Made by a program: the position numbers and the translations under genes
In this document: positions 1 through 10,038 of the stretch, piece by piece
Numbering within the stretch: position 1 is the first letter of the stretch
How the letters are laid out: the number at the start of each line of letters is the position of its first letter
Origin: an uncultured Bacilli bacterium
Lineage (GTDB): Bacteria > Bacillota_I > Bacilli_A > RF39 > UBA660
Assembly (NCBI GenBank): GCA_944327365.1
Contig: CALVHI010000003.1
Location: forward strand, 1-51,249
DNA: 51,249 bases
Direction of reading: 5' to 3'
Notes under the pieces: model-generated
Database searches by the model: none
What the model saw: the letters and a program-made list of their open reading frames with translations, nothing else
Told to the model about the DNA's origin: nothing

Positions 1-9
1 ATCATAAAA

Positions 10-50
10 AATAGTAATTTCCCTTTTATTTACTTAAGAAAATTACTATT
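10..50 (-). terminator. Intrinsic terminator of the 81..1127 gene
   Basis: Inverted repeat aatagtaattt (10-20) / aaattactatt (40-50), followed by a T-run on the minus strand, 30 nt past the stop codon. Confidence 0.65.
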
Positions 51-80
51 CTAATTTATTTTCATGCTTTTATCCTGTAA

Positions 81-1127
81 CTATTTTAATGTGTTACCTA
101 ATCCAAAGAAACTTCTTATTTCCTCTTTTTGATCATTATTTTCTAATATTACTCTTATGTCTTCTTCATTTAATTGTTTGGGAATACCAAATATTTGTTT
201 ATCATCTATATGAATATAATAAGCAGTATATTTGCCTTTTAATTTTTTGATAATTATTCCTTTATTATAAAGTTTATTTGTTATTTCGAATAAATAAAAG
301 TTTAGTACTTCATATAAATTATATGATATTAATACTTCATCTGATGCGCCAATTACTCCTTTTATGGAATTAACGATTTGATCTAAAGCACCTTTATTTG
401 TGTAATTTTTAGGCTCTTTAATAGAGCACTCTTTATCAAATTCTTTTAAAATAAACGTTTCTAAATCTTCTAATTTAAAGGCTGGTAAAAAATGATTAAG
501 ACCTAGTGTCTCATCATATGATTCATGAATATTTTGAAATCGATTAACACTTAATTCATGAGCATATTTCTTAAAATTAGTGCGATAATTTCTGGCTTTT
601 TCTATAGGTACTGCAAACTCTTCACTAAAGTTTATGTCTTTTATTTTTTCATAGTCTATATCAATTAATTGATTTAATTCGTCATAATAATAAATTTCAT
701 ATCGGTAATCTTCATATTCCTGATCAAAAGCTTTATATAATGTTACTTCAATTATTGTTGTATTTTTCTTGATTGTCATTTCAATTCTTTTATTATAATT
801 ATTAACGCTTTTGATCGATAAAATCATTTTATATTCATCATTTTCTTTTTCATATATTCGCCATGATAATATACCGGTATTTAAAAATTTCATTAATTTT
901 AATACATTTCCGGATATTTCTGATATTTCTGTTCTATTTAATAGTTCAGGATACATTTCAATTAAATCTATATACATTGTTTCATTGGTAGTTAAATGTA
1001 TTGTTGATAGCGATTCATCATCAGGTAATTCGCTCTTTAAGATATCTACTATTTTAGCAAAAAATGGGTTTTCTGCTAATTTATATGGTATATATAAGAC
1101 TAAATTGTCTATGAATTTTTTTAGCAT
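81..1127 (-). CDS. Hypothetical soluble protein (~348 aa)
   Basis: Long ORF; probable start MLKKF (ATG 1127) after GAGGCG RBS-like sequence; no recognisable motif. Confidence 0.75.
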   Translation of the reverse strand: MLKKFIDNLVLYIPYKLAENPFFAKIVDILKSELPDDESLSTIHLTTNETMYIDLIEMYPELLNRTEISEISGNVLKLMKFLNTGILSWRIYEKENDEYKMILSIKSVNNYNKRIEMTIKKNTTIIEVTLYKAFDQEYEDYRYEIYYYDELNQLIDIDYEKIKDINFSEEFAVPIEKARNYRTNFKKYAHELSVNRFQNIHESYDETLGLNHFLPAFKLEDLETFILKEFDKECSIKEPKNYTNKGALDQIVNSIKGVIGASDEVLISYNLYEVLNFYLFEITNKLYNKGIIIKKLKGKYTAYYIHIDDKQIFGIPKQLNEEDIRVILENNDQKEEIRSFFGLGNTLK

Positions 1128-1278
1128 AATATCGCCTCTCACAAATATATGTTATTAATTTTAACATATTTTGGAGAAAAAACAAGTAAAAAAGGGTGTT
1201 TTTATGCTAAGAGAGAAATTTATAATTATTAATTTTAACTTGAACTTACTTGGACTTCATTTTAGTTTAAAATAATTT

Positions 1279-1845
1279 CTAATTTTCTAACCAGTTATAA
1301 AGTTTTTTTAATCTTGTATCGTTTGTTGTAGCACATAATCTTTCTTCTTTTGTTTTAGCACCAATAAATTTTAACCATCGATTTACACTTGTTTGATAAT
1401 CTAAATCTTTTAGCTTATTCAAATCGATGAGTCTAGTATTCATAACATTTGATAACTCAATATTAGTATTGTCTATATTATAAGTATAATCTTCAATAAT
1501 TTTACCTGTTTTATTTGCTGTTTTTTTAAAGCTAAGCTCTATTAACTTTCTATATGTACTATTGTCTAAACCTATAAGTATATGAATGATAAAATCTTGT
1601 TTGATACTGAAATATGTATTTAGTTTAATTACTATGTTATCTATCATAATGATTAAATTACTACTTTTTCTCGAAAAATCTACATTATTTAAAAGCGTAT
1701 TATAATATACTTTGCTTTTTTTCAATTTGTTTTCTGGGATTTTCAGAAAGGCAGATAAAAAATAAATTGTTTCTTCTAGATTACATGGTTCTTTAAGCAT
1801 TAATTTAAATTGTTCGCCTAATAAATTTACACATTTTTTGGACAT
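1279..1845 (-). CDS. Degenerate Rpn / PD-(D/E)XK_2 family-like protein
   Basis: FKLML..NLEETIYFLSAFL and IDLNKL..NRWLKFIGAKTKEE resemble Rpn-family blocks; expected catalytic D and E positions appear substituted; GAAAGGA RBS. Confidence 0.5.
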   Translation of the reverse strand: MSKKCVNLLGEQFKLMLKEPCNLEETIYFLSAFLKIPENKLKKSKVYYNTLLNNVDFSRKSSNLIIMIDNIVIKLNTYFSIKQDFIIHILIGLDNSTYRKLIELSFKKTANKTGKIIEDYTYNIDNTNIELSNVMNTRLIDLNKLKDLDYQTSVNRWLKFIGAKTKEERLCATTNDTRLKKLYNWLEN

Positions 1846-2041
1846 ATTTTTTTCCTTTCTAACTTTACTATATAAAAAACTGAGAAAAAAAGCAAATTGT
1901 CAATTTTATAGCATTTATTAGTAAAATTGATATATTCTACTATTCAAATCATAGGCTTTTCTTAATCAAATTAATATGATTTAATAATTACGATAAAGAC
2001 TAATATTTATTATAATCATGATAGAATTAAAGAAAAATTAA

Positions 2042-2124
2042 AAGGACTGTCCCCCGTACATTACAGGTTACAATCCTCTAATTAGAAACTATTTATATAC
2101 TGTCCAACTTTTGGGGTCAGTTCA
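2042..2124 (-). mobile_element. Orphan IS3-family (IS150/IS861-like) end remnant
   Basis: Minus strand TGAACTGACCCCAAAAGTTGGACA (2124-2101) resembles IS150/IS861-group inverted repeats, followed by hairpin aggattgt..acagtcct and a T-run; no transposase. Confidence 0.7.
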
Positions 2125-2126
2125 AA

Positions 2127-2666
2127 TTAATAGTTCTCTTTTTTTAGTTCCATAAAACTTTGTGGATGAGCACATACAGGACATACTTTTGGAGCTTCAG
2201 CACCAACATAGACATGTCCACAGTTACGACAGATCCATACAACTTCTTCACCACGAGCAAATACTAAATTATCATCAATATTACCAACTAATTTTAAATA
2301 TCTTTCTTCATGGTGTTTTTCTATAGCTGCTACACCTTCAAAAAGTTTTGCAATGCGGTCAAATCCTTCTTCACGAGCTACTTCAGCAAATTCTTTATAC
2401 ATTTCTGTCCATTCATAATTTTCGCCTTCAGCTGCATCTTTAAGATTAGTTAAAGTATCTGGTACTTTTCCTCCATGTAATTCTTTAAACCACATTTTTG
2501 CATGTTCACGCTCATTGTTAGCAGTTTCTTCAAAAATAGCCGCTATTTGTTCATATCCATCCTTTTTTGCTTGTGATGCATAATAAGTGTATTTATTTCT
2601 TGCTTGTGATTCGCCAGCAAAAGCAGCCATTAAATTAGCTTCTGTTCTTGATCCTTTTAATTCCAT
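2127..2666 (-). CDS. rbr: Rubrerythrin
   Basis: [21 protein letters not shown] and EKHHE diiron motifs; C-terminal CRNC..CPVC rubredoxin domain. Confidence 0.97.
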   Translation of the reverse strand: MELKGSRTEANLMAAFAGESQARNKYTYYASQAKKDGYEQIAAIFEETANNEREHAKMWFKELHGGKVPDTLTNLKDAAEGENYEWTEMYKEFAEVAREEGFDRIAKLFEGVAAIEKHHEERYLKLVGNIDDNLVFARGEEVVWICRNCGHVYVGAEAPKVCPVCAHPQSFMELKKENY

Positions 2667-2737
2667 AATTTTACCTCCGTTTACTATTATAGCTGAGTTT
2701 TTTATAAATGTAAATAAAGAAATTTAAAAAATGCTTA

Positions 2738-2977
2738 TTAGGCATTTTTATCATTAATCAATGGGTCATCAAACTCATCACTTGTGTAAGCTTCAATAGA
2801 TGGATGAACCTTTATTTTTTCATCATTTTCTAGAGGTGCTATTGGTTTAATTTTTTTCTTCTTATTTTTATTTACACCTGTATCTACTAAATAACCAATT
2901 AAAGCAAAAACTAAAATTAGAGAAATTACTAAAAACCATATATAATTGTCTAATAAAAATTCAATTAATATATCCAC
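2738..2977 (-). CDS. Small single-pass membrane protein
   Basis: GTG start with GGAGG RBS; one TM helix followed by a Lys run. Confidence 0.8.
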   Translation of the reverse strand: MDILIEFLLDNYIWFLVISLILVFALIGYLVDTGVNKNKKKKIKPIAPLENDEKIKVHPSIEAYTSDEFDDPLINDKNA

Positions 2978-3011
2978 TTTTAACCTCCTAATTTTATTTT
3001 ATGCTAAATGC

Positions 3012-4064
3012 TTAAGAAATACTTATGTTTCCTGTAGTTGGTACTATATGTATCCAAGTATTTCCATCATTAGCTGTTATTTCTTCACCATTTTCTAGGC
3101 GATAAACTGTTTTACTAGAGCGTGAATCTTTTTCCCAAGTGATTGGAATGGATTTCCCTTCTGTAATAAAGTATCCTTCTCCAGAACCAATATTATCTAA
3201 TTCTTGACGTCCTTTATTATCTCCGGCAATAGTAGTATTTCCTACTTTATAAACAATTATGTTTTTAACTGTATATTGTTCTTCAGTTTCATAGTCTTTA
3301 TGAACTTTATCATTAACAAATTGTTTGTATACCTTATTTTCTTCATCATATACATAGTTTGTAGTTGTACTAGATGAGTATTTAATATCTATTGTTGTAG
3401 CGTCAGTTGCATCTTCGGGTAATTCTACGCTATTAGCACTATAATTTAATAATAAGTCTTTATTTGTAGTCATTCGATAGCCTAAATCTTCAGCTTTATT
3501 TTTTAATGCATTTAAATTTGTATATCCTGTATGTTCTGTACTAAGTCCGCTTATTTTTTGTCTGAAAAAGTATGGTGAGCCATAAGATAGGGCATTTAAG
3601 TTTTCAATATCAAGTTCAGAAATATCGCTTTGAGCTTGAGGAGACCAGCCCCAATGAACATAAAACGCATCATTTTCTAAGACATAATCAATATAATAGT
3701 GTCTTGCACTTCTCACACTTCCGATGACTTCATTGTCTTGGTCTTTAAATAAAGCTAAATATCTAGTGATGCCGCCTTCAACAGTAATTTCATAGACTAA
3801 ATAGGCATCTTGCAAGCCGGTATGATAAGGTCTTGCTGTGCTAATATTATTGATCATGACAGCATATGGTCTTGTATTGCTATTAATATCTACTATATTT
3901 ACTTCTTCTCTTCCAACATTGATTGGTTCAGTTGGCTCTTGTTTGTCAACGTTTTCCTTTGCTGGCTTCTCTTTTGTCAATAAGATAACACTTGTTGCGA
4001 TTGCTACCACTACTACTATAAGCGCTACTACTAAAATGATTAAGCTTTTTCTCTTTAATTTCAT
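3012..4064 (-). CDS. DUF3048 (YerB-like) membrane-anchored protein
   Basis: RPYAVMINN, VYEITVEGGITRYLALF and GSVRSARHY motifs; N-terminal TM anchor. Confidence 0.9.
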   Translation of the reverse strand: MKLKRKSLIILVVALIVVVVAIATSVILLTKEKPAKENVDKQEPTEPINVGREEVNIVDINSNTRPYAVMINNISTARPYHTGLQDAYLVYEITVEGGITRYLALFKDQDNEVIGSVRSARHYYIDYVLENDAFYVHWGWSPQAQSDISELDIENLNALSYGSPYFFRQKISGLSTEHTGYTNLNALKNKAEDLGYRMTTNKDLLLNYSANSVELPEDATDATTIDIKYSSSTTTNYVYDEENKVYKQFVNDKVHKDYETEEQYTVKNIIVYKVGNTTIAGDNKGRQELDNIGSGEGYFITEGKSIPITWEKDSRSSKTVYRLENGEEITANDGNTWIHIVPTTGNISIS

Positions 4065-4120
4065 ACTTCCACCTCATTATCTTAAGTATATCACAAATTT
4101 CGAACTTTGAATAGCTAAAA

Positions 4121-4999
4121 TTATCTAGTCATATAAATAACTGCTTCGGCTCCTTCACTTGCTGCATTAATTATTTGATAAATTTCTTTTTTGGTTACAT
4201 CTCCACTTGCATATACCCCTTTGATATTTGTTTCGTGATGAGAATCAACTATTATATAATTATCTTCTCTTTTTATTGCTGTATTTTCTAAAAAGGATGT
4301 ATTAGGAATATTACCAACATAAATAAATATGCCTTTTACTTTTAGCTCTTTATTATCTTTTAAGATAATACCTTCTATTTTATCGTCTATTATTTTCAAA
4401 GAGGTTACTTCATTATTTAAAATTAATTCAATATTTCTTTTACTGCTTACCATTTGAAGCAAATTATCTTCTCCCCGAAAATTATTTCTTCTATGAATTA
4501 AATAGACCTTATTGACGATGTTTGATAAATATAGAGCTTCACTTAGAGCTGATGAGCCTCCACCGATGACGGCAACATCTTTGTTTTTGTATAAGGCGCC
4601 ATCACATAAAGCACATGTACTAATTCCTCTTCCTAAAAACTTCTCCTCGTCTTTTAGGCCTAATAATTTAGGCTTGCGTCCACTTGCGATTAATAAGTTT
4701 TTAGCTTGATAAACATTACTTGTTGTTTTTACCGTTTTGATCTTTTCTAAAATTAGATCAGTTACTTTCTCTAATTTGTATTCAATTGCCATTTTATTTA
4801 TTTCTTCAAAAAGATTATATGCTAGATCTGGACCAGAAATACTAGCTATACCTGGATAATTGTTTATTTCACTAATTTTGTTTATTGTGCCTCCGGGTGC
4901 ATTTCCCTCTAAAATTAATACTTTCATCCCTGCTCTTTTAGCATAAATGCCAGCTGTAATCCCTGAGATGCCCATACCAATTATGATTAAATCATACAT
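4121..4999 (-). CDS. trxB: Thioredoxin-disulfide reductase
   Basis: FAD-binding IIIGMGISG; GRGISTCALCDG redox CxxC; VIGGGSSA NADPH motif; GVYASGD. Confidence 0.9.
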   Translation of the reverse strand: MYDLIIIGMGISGITAGIYAKRAGMKVLILEGNAPGGTINKISEINNYPGIASISGPDLAYNLFEEINKMAIEYKLEKVTDLILEKIKTVKTTSNVYQAKNLLIASGRKPKLLGLKDEEKFLGRGISTCALCDGALYKNKDVAVIGGGSSALSEALYLSNIVNKVYLIHRRNNFRGEDNLLQMVSSKRNIELILNNEVTSLKIIDDKIEGIILKDNKELKVKGIFIYVGNIPNTSFLENTAIKREDNYIIVDSHHETNIKGVYASGDVTKKEIYQIINAASEGAEAVIYMTR

Positions 5000-5825
5000 T
5001 CTTTTTTCCCTCTTTCTTTGTTATACGTTTTTCGTTTATATCATTATATAGATTTTCATATTTTCCTTTGCGGTTTAAATAAATTAAGTAAACCAATCCG
5101 ACACCGAAAAGAATAAGTGATAAAATTTGGGCCACTTTAAATCCACCTAACATTAATGAATCCGTACGCCATGCTTCAATAAAGAAACGTCCGAAACTAT
5201 ACCACATTAAATATATGCATGTTATTACACCAATTTTAATGTATTTAAATCGGCGAATGATAAGTAGTACTATGAATCCTAATAAACACCATAAAGATTC
5301 AAAATAGAATGTTGGCAAATAATATATGCCTCCTATATTCATGCCTTTAATCACAAATTCAGGTATCCATAAATCTTTTAAGTTCGCATAAGTTGTAGCA
5401 ATTCCATGCGCTTCACTATTAAAGAAATTCCCCCAACGACCGATCGCTTGAGCTAAAATTAGGCTTGGGGCTGCTATGTCTAATAATTTAATAAAATTTA
5501 AGTGATGTTTTTTAGCCAGAAAAATTACCGTTGCAACTCCAGCAATTATCCCTCCGTGTATAGCTAAACCGCCATTCCAAATAGCAAATATATCTAATAT
5601 ATTATTACTGTAATATGAAAAATTAAAAATTACATAGTAAAGTCTTGCCCCAATAATTCCTATGATTATAGCCCAAAAGCAGATATTAAAAATGGTATCT
5701 TTGGGATATTTAAATCTTTTAGCTTCTTTTTCTAATAAAATAATACCTAATATAATACCTATTAATATTAATACTGAATACCAATGTACTTCAATTCCAA
5801 AAAGATTAAACATGACAGGGTTCAT
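4992..5825 (-). CDS. lgt: Prolipoprotein diacylglyceryl transferase
   Basis: GARLYYV, GGLAIHGG, QAIGRWGNFFNSE and RFFIE motifs. Confidence 0.97.
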   Translation of the reverse strand: MNPVMFNLFGIEVHWYSVLILIGIILGIILLEKEAKRFKYPKDTIFNICFWAIIIGIIGARLYYVIFNFSYYSNNILDIFAIWNGGLAIHGGIIAGVATVIFLAKKHHLNFIKLLDIAAPSLILAQAIGRWGNFFNSEAHGIATTYANLKDLWIPEFVIKGMNIGGIYYLPTFYFESLWCLLGFIVLLIIRRFKYIKIGVITCIYLMWYSFGRFFIEAWRTDSLMLGGFKVAQILSLILFGVGLVYLIYLNRKGKYENLYNDINEKRITKKEGKKNV

Positions 5826-5884
5826 AATATTCCTCTTTTCTATTTAATTATATAATTTTAAAAAACCAATCTTCATGATTAGCA

Positions 5885-6829
5885 TTATTTTAATTCTTTT
5901 TCAACAATATATCTTGGACGATGTTTGGTCTCACTATATATTTTACCAATGTATTCACCAATTAGACCTAAAGAAACTAATTCAACTCCACCAATAAACC
6001 AAATAGATAACATAATAAAAGCCCAACCATCTACTGCATGGCCTAATATTTTTATGATTATTGTGTAAGTAATAATAATGATGCTAATAATTAACATGAT
6101 AAAGCCTAAAGCTGTAATTACTTTTAGAGGTTTTACACTAAAAGAAGTGATTCCATCCCAGGCAAAAGATAGCATTTTTTTTAAAGGATATTTAGATTCC
6201 CCAGCGGCCCTTTCGTTTCGTTCGTATGTGACTATAGAAGTTTTAAAGCCAATTAATGGAACAATTCCTCTTAAAAATAAATTGACTTCCTCAAAGTTTT
6301 CCAATTCATCTAAAGCTTTTTTGGACATAAGGCGACAGTCAGCATGATTAAAGACGACTTCAACCCCCATTGCTCTCATTAATTTGTAAAAAGATTCTGC
6401 AGTAAACCTTTTAAACCAACTATCTTTTTTACGAGAACTGCGAACGCCATAAACAATTTCTGAGCCCTTATTATTTTCTTCAATCATTTTATCTATTACA
6501 TTGATATCATCTTGTAAATCAGCATCCATACTAATTGTAATATCAGCATATTTTTTAGCGGTCATAAGTCCTGCTAGTAAAGCATTTTGATGCCCTTTAT
6601 TACGAGATAATTTTACGCCAACAAATAGAGGATCTTCATTGTGATATTCTTCGATAAGCTCCCAAGTTTTATCTTTCGAGCCATCATTTACAAACATTAC
6701 TTTACTATCTTTGCTAATCTTATTCTCTTTTATTAGATTATCCATCTTTTCTTTTAATTTCTTTTTAGTTAATGGTAATACTTCTTCTTCATTATAACAA
6801 GGTATTACTAAATATAATATTTTAGACAT
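5885..6829 (-). CDS. GT2 polyprenyl-phosphate glycosyltransferase (GtrB/YkoT-like)
   Basis: VIPCYNEE, VNDGSKD, LSRNKGHQNAL, MDADLQD; two C-terminal TMs; GEYIGKIYSETKHRPRY. Confidence 0.93.
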   Translation of the reverse strand: MSKILYLVIPCYNEEEVLPLTKKKLKEKMDNLIKENKISKDSKVMFVNDGSKDKTWELIEEYHNEDPLFVGVKLSRNKGHQNALLAGLMTAKKYADITISMDADLQDDINVIDKMIEENNKGSEIVYGVRSSRKKDSWFKRFTAESFYKLMRAMGVEVVFNHADCRLMSKKALDELENFEEVNLFLRGIVPLIGFKTSIVTYERNERAAGESKYPLKKMLSFAWDGITSFSVKPLKVITALGFIMLIISIIIITYTIIIKILGHAVDGWAFIMLSIWFIGGVELVSLGLIGEYIGKIYSETKHRPRYIVEKELK

Positions 6830-6857
6830 TTTTACACCTCACCAACATTATAGCAAT

Positions 6858-9032
6858 CTAACTCTTTTTTCTCAAGACTTTTGTCTTATTTTTGCTTATT
6901 ATATAATCATTTAAGCTAATCCACTCAATCCCAAGTATCAGTACTGATAAAATAAGATAAGAGGCAATACTCATATATGCTCTTTCACACTTATAATCTA
7001 CCCTAAAGATAAAGGTATCACTAACCTCTTCTTCATTTACATAAACAGAACCATTATTATAAGCTTTATAATACTCAGATTCATTATATGTACCAATACT
7101 TAAGACAGGCGCACCAAAAACTTTACTTAATTCAATGCGGTAACGAGTGTTTTTAGTTGGGTTAATATCATTAAAATCAAATTTATGATTGTTGTTATCT
7201 TGGATATTACTACTATTAAATTCTTCTTCTACTAATAGCTTATTACTATCATCATATAATCTAAATAGATAAATACTTTCTTCTTGTTCACTCTTATTAT
7301 TTAGATGCACTCTTATCTCATTAAAGGCATCGCTGGTTGTGAATGTTTGACTGACTTTATTTTCTCCTATTTCTATTTCTGTAAAGCCACGATAAGATAG
7401 CACTCTAATATCTTCATATGTATTTTTATCTAATGCATATTTTGGAAAATTAATTGTTAGTAAAAGGAAAGTTATTAACATTAAGACTATACTTCCAACT
7501 TTTAAAATTTGTTTTTTATGGATAGTTATGTTTTTTAGAACTTTAGTTTTACTTTCTTCTTGTTCATTTCCTATCATTTCTTCTTTATTTATTTTAGAAT
7601 AAATTAAACCTAAAGGAATTATCATCCATGGTAAGAAAGATAGGCTATATCTTTGAGCGGCCTCCCATATTATATAGAAGATGATTGCTCCAAATAAACC
7701 AATATAGATAATTGCATCATAATGATACTCAATTTCTTTTTTTCTAAATATTTGATATGCTCCTAAAAGAATCATAAAACTGATATAGGTTTTTAATATT
7801 TGTAAGGTATATTTTAAGAATATATTGGTATTGCCATAACCACCTAAATATTCATAAATGCCAGTTCCATCAGCAGTATTATTTAATTTAGCATAAACAC
7901 CATAATTGCCACTGGACCAAGTACGCGCTATTTTCATACCTTCTAACTTAATTAAACCAATTGGACCAAGTTCACTCATTCTTTCCTTTATTACTTCGAT
8001 GTTTGCCTCCTCTTTATCTTCTTTTGTTTCTTCATTAAATGTTAAATCATGGTCGGGATTGTTATAACCACCAGTATATTCTTCGTTTAATCCCATCATA
8101 ATCCAGTGCGTTATGGGAAATGAGGCATTTTTATCTAAATCTAGTTCAAAGCTATTTTCAACCACTTTAAATCCAAAGAAACCTATTATTAAACCTAAGA
8201 ATAAAGCTAAATATATTTTTATTTTACTTGTTACTTGTTTATTAATCAAAATGTATCCTAAGCTAGCGATTAAAAGAATTACTACAACTATACGGACCTT
8301 TAATCCTATCAAGAAAGTAATACCTGATAAAATTCCTAAAATTACTTTATTTCTTGTCTTAGTTTCTTTTATGCATTTCATTATTAAATAAAGCCCAATG
8401 ACGGCGAATGGCATACAGAGTGTATCGGTATAAAAGTAAGATGAATATAAATAAAAGATAGGATTCATTACCATGAATATTAAGGCAAGTAACCCGGCTT
8501 TTGGTCCCTTTAATTCTTTTCCTATTAAATAGATAAAATATCCAGTTAAAGCCATGAATAAAGCATTAAAAATTGTTCCCATTAAGAGCACATTTGTACA
8601 GCCAAAGATACTTCCTATTTGGGTAAATCCATAAACAAATATTAGTAAAGGAATTTGATTGGTATATTTCGAAAAATATGGTCCTGTTATAGTTAAGCTA
8701 TTTTCACTCATCATGCGATTAACATATTCCATAATGTGTGATAAATCTGTAACTGATGATATTGGTAAAAATATACCTATTAATAATAAGCCTATAAAGA
8801 ATAATATGCTTAGAATAATAGCAATTATCTTTATTTTTTTATCAGATAGTTTAGCTAATTTTTTATAAATAAACTTAAATAAAAAGAATGTTATGATAGT
8901 ACCAATGATTACAATTAAAGGTGATAGATTTTGGTCTATTCCATAAAAAGCACTGACAACTGTAATATAGAAAAAAGTAATAATTAATATACACATTACT
9001 ACTTTGTAGCTAACATTTAAAAATTTAGTCAT
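6858..9032 (-). CDS. GT-C fold (family 39/PMT-like) membrane glycosyltransferase with C-terminal extracellular domain
   Basis: Many TMs; YFSKYTNQ, FYTDT, HWIMMGLN, IIWEAAQRY motifs; directly upstream of the GtrB-like gene. Confidence 0.78.
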   Translation of the reverse strand: MTKFLNVSYKVVMCILIITFFYITVVSAFYGIDQNLSPLIVIIGTIITFFLFKFIYKKLAKLSDKKIKIIAIILSILFFIGLLLIGIFLPISSVTDLSHIMEYVNRMMSENSLTITGPYFSKYTNQIPLLIFVYGFTQIGSIFGCTNVLLMGTIFNALFMALTGYFIYLIGKELKGPKAGLLALIFMVMNPIFYLYSSYFYTDTLCMPFAVIGLYLIMKCIKETKTRNKVILGILSGITFLIGLKVRIVVVILLIASLGYILINKQVTSKIKIYLALFLGLIIGFFGFKVVENSFELDLDKNASFPITHWIMMGLNEEYTGGYNNPDHDLTFNEETKEDKEEANIEVIKERMSELGPIGLIKLEGMKIARTWSSGNYGVYAKLNNTADGTGIYEYLGGYGNTNIFLKYTLQILKTYISFMILLGAYQIFRKKEIEYHYDAIIYIGLFGAIIFYIIWEAAQRYSLSFLPWMIIPLGLIYSKINKEEMIGNEQEESKTKVLKNITIHKKQILKVGSIVLMLITFLLLTINFPKYALDKNTYEDIRVLSYRGFTEIEIGENKVSQTFTTSDAFNEIRVHLNNKSEQEESIYLFRLYDDSNKLLVEEEFNSSNIQDNNNHKFDFNDINPTKNTRYRIELSKVFGAPVLSIGTYNESEYYKAYNNGSVYVNEEEVSDTFIFRVDYKCERAYMSIASYLILSVLILGIEWISLNDYIISKNKTKVLRKKS

Positions 9033-9256
9033 AAGTTACACCTCTTTGAGTCATTTAATAACAATATTATATCGATAAATGTATCTATTTTCAATATGTT
9101 TAACACAAGAAAAAAGCTCTATTATTTTAGGTAAAATTAAAGTTTCTAAATACTTAAAGTAATTAGGAATTTTTCGACATAAATGTAAAATCGCGTTGGA
9201 ATTTGTCAAATGCTTTTTCTTACTTTTTTAAACACGATCATTTATAATAAATTCTT

Positions 9257-9492
9257 GAGCATTAGAGCTGGTGTCTACTAGATAATTCCTACTATCTGTC
9301 TTACTTCCTTACCTCTTAGGAGTTTTGGTTGATAAACAATAGAAAGGGTTGTATGGTTAGTATGAGGAAGTTGCTACAATATTACTTATAGATTGGTGGA
9401 AATCAAAAAAGACATCAACCACTATTATTGTGCAAAACATTATAGAGAGTAATGTCTTTCAAAAAACAAGTATGCATTTAGACCTAATGCTC
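9257..9492 (+). ncRNA. Candidate structured RNA of unknown family
   Basis: Terminal pairing gagcattag/ctaatgctc extended by G-U pairs; nested internal stems; TATAAT at 9243-9248. Confidence 0.4.
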
Positions 9493-9507
9493 TACTGATT
9501 ATTTTTG

Positions 9508-9612
9508 CTAGTCTATTCTATTAATATTTTTAATTGTGTAATATACCTCTAAATTTAATAATAATTCATTTACATTTTTTACTACATCCCCTATTAAAAT
9601 TTCCTCTTTCAT
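9508..9612 (-). CDS. Small ORF or truncated gene (34 aa, MKEEILIGDVVKNVNELLLNLEVYYTIKNINRID)
   Basis: ATG preceded by GGTGA RBS-like sequence and an AT-rich -10-like region; hand-translated. Confidence 0.35.
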   Translation of the reverse strand: MKEEILIGDVVKNVNELLLNLEVYYTIKNINRID

Positions 9613-9798
9613 ATCATCACCGCGATTATCATATCATATATTTTTTAAAACTTCATGCGTTTCGACAAAACTTGTCAAAACTTCTAAAAATAATACAATA
9701 TTTCTTATTTTAATAATAATCGTTAATATTTTGAGCTTATTCGTATATAAAAGGTTTAATATCTAGTTAGATTTTCTAAAAAACTTTATGTTAGATTT

Positions 9799-9823
9799 TG
9801 AAATGCACCCCTCTGGGGAGACA
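9799..9823 (+). mobile_element. Orphan IS3-family-like terminal inverted repeat
   Basis: TGAAATGCACCCCTCTGGGGAGACA fits the TG..TGCACCCC..AGACA pattern of IS150-group ends; no transposase follows. Confidence 0.45.
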
Positions 9824-10003
9824 TTTATAAAAAAACTAACGAGAGAGAAAGTAACTTTTATTAATTTATATGGAGATAATTATATGTGTATAATATGTGT
9901 GCTGTACTAGATATATACAATTCATCTGATTTAATAGACCTTTTATCATTTTCTATATTTACAAAATGTTGAATTTTATAATTTGTTTACTGAATATCTA
10001 AAC

Positions 10004-10038
10004 AAAAAGAAGTAACATTTATTTTGTTGCTTCTTTTT
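10004..10038 (+). terminator. Intrinsic terminator-like hairpin
   Basis: aaaaagaagtaaca / tgttgcttcttttt; the G-U pair favours the + strand. Confidence 0.55.
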
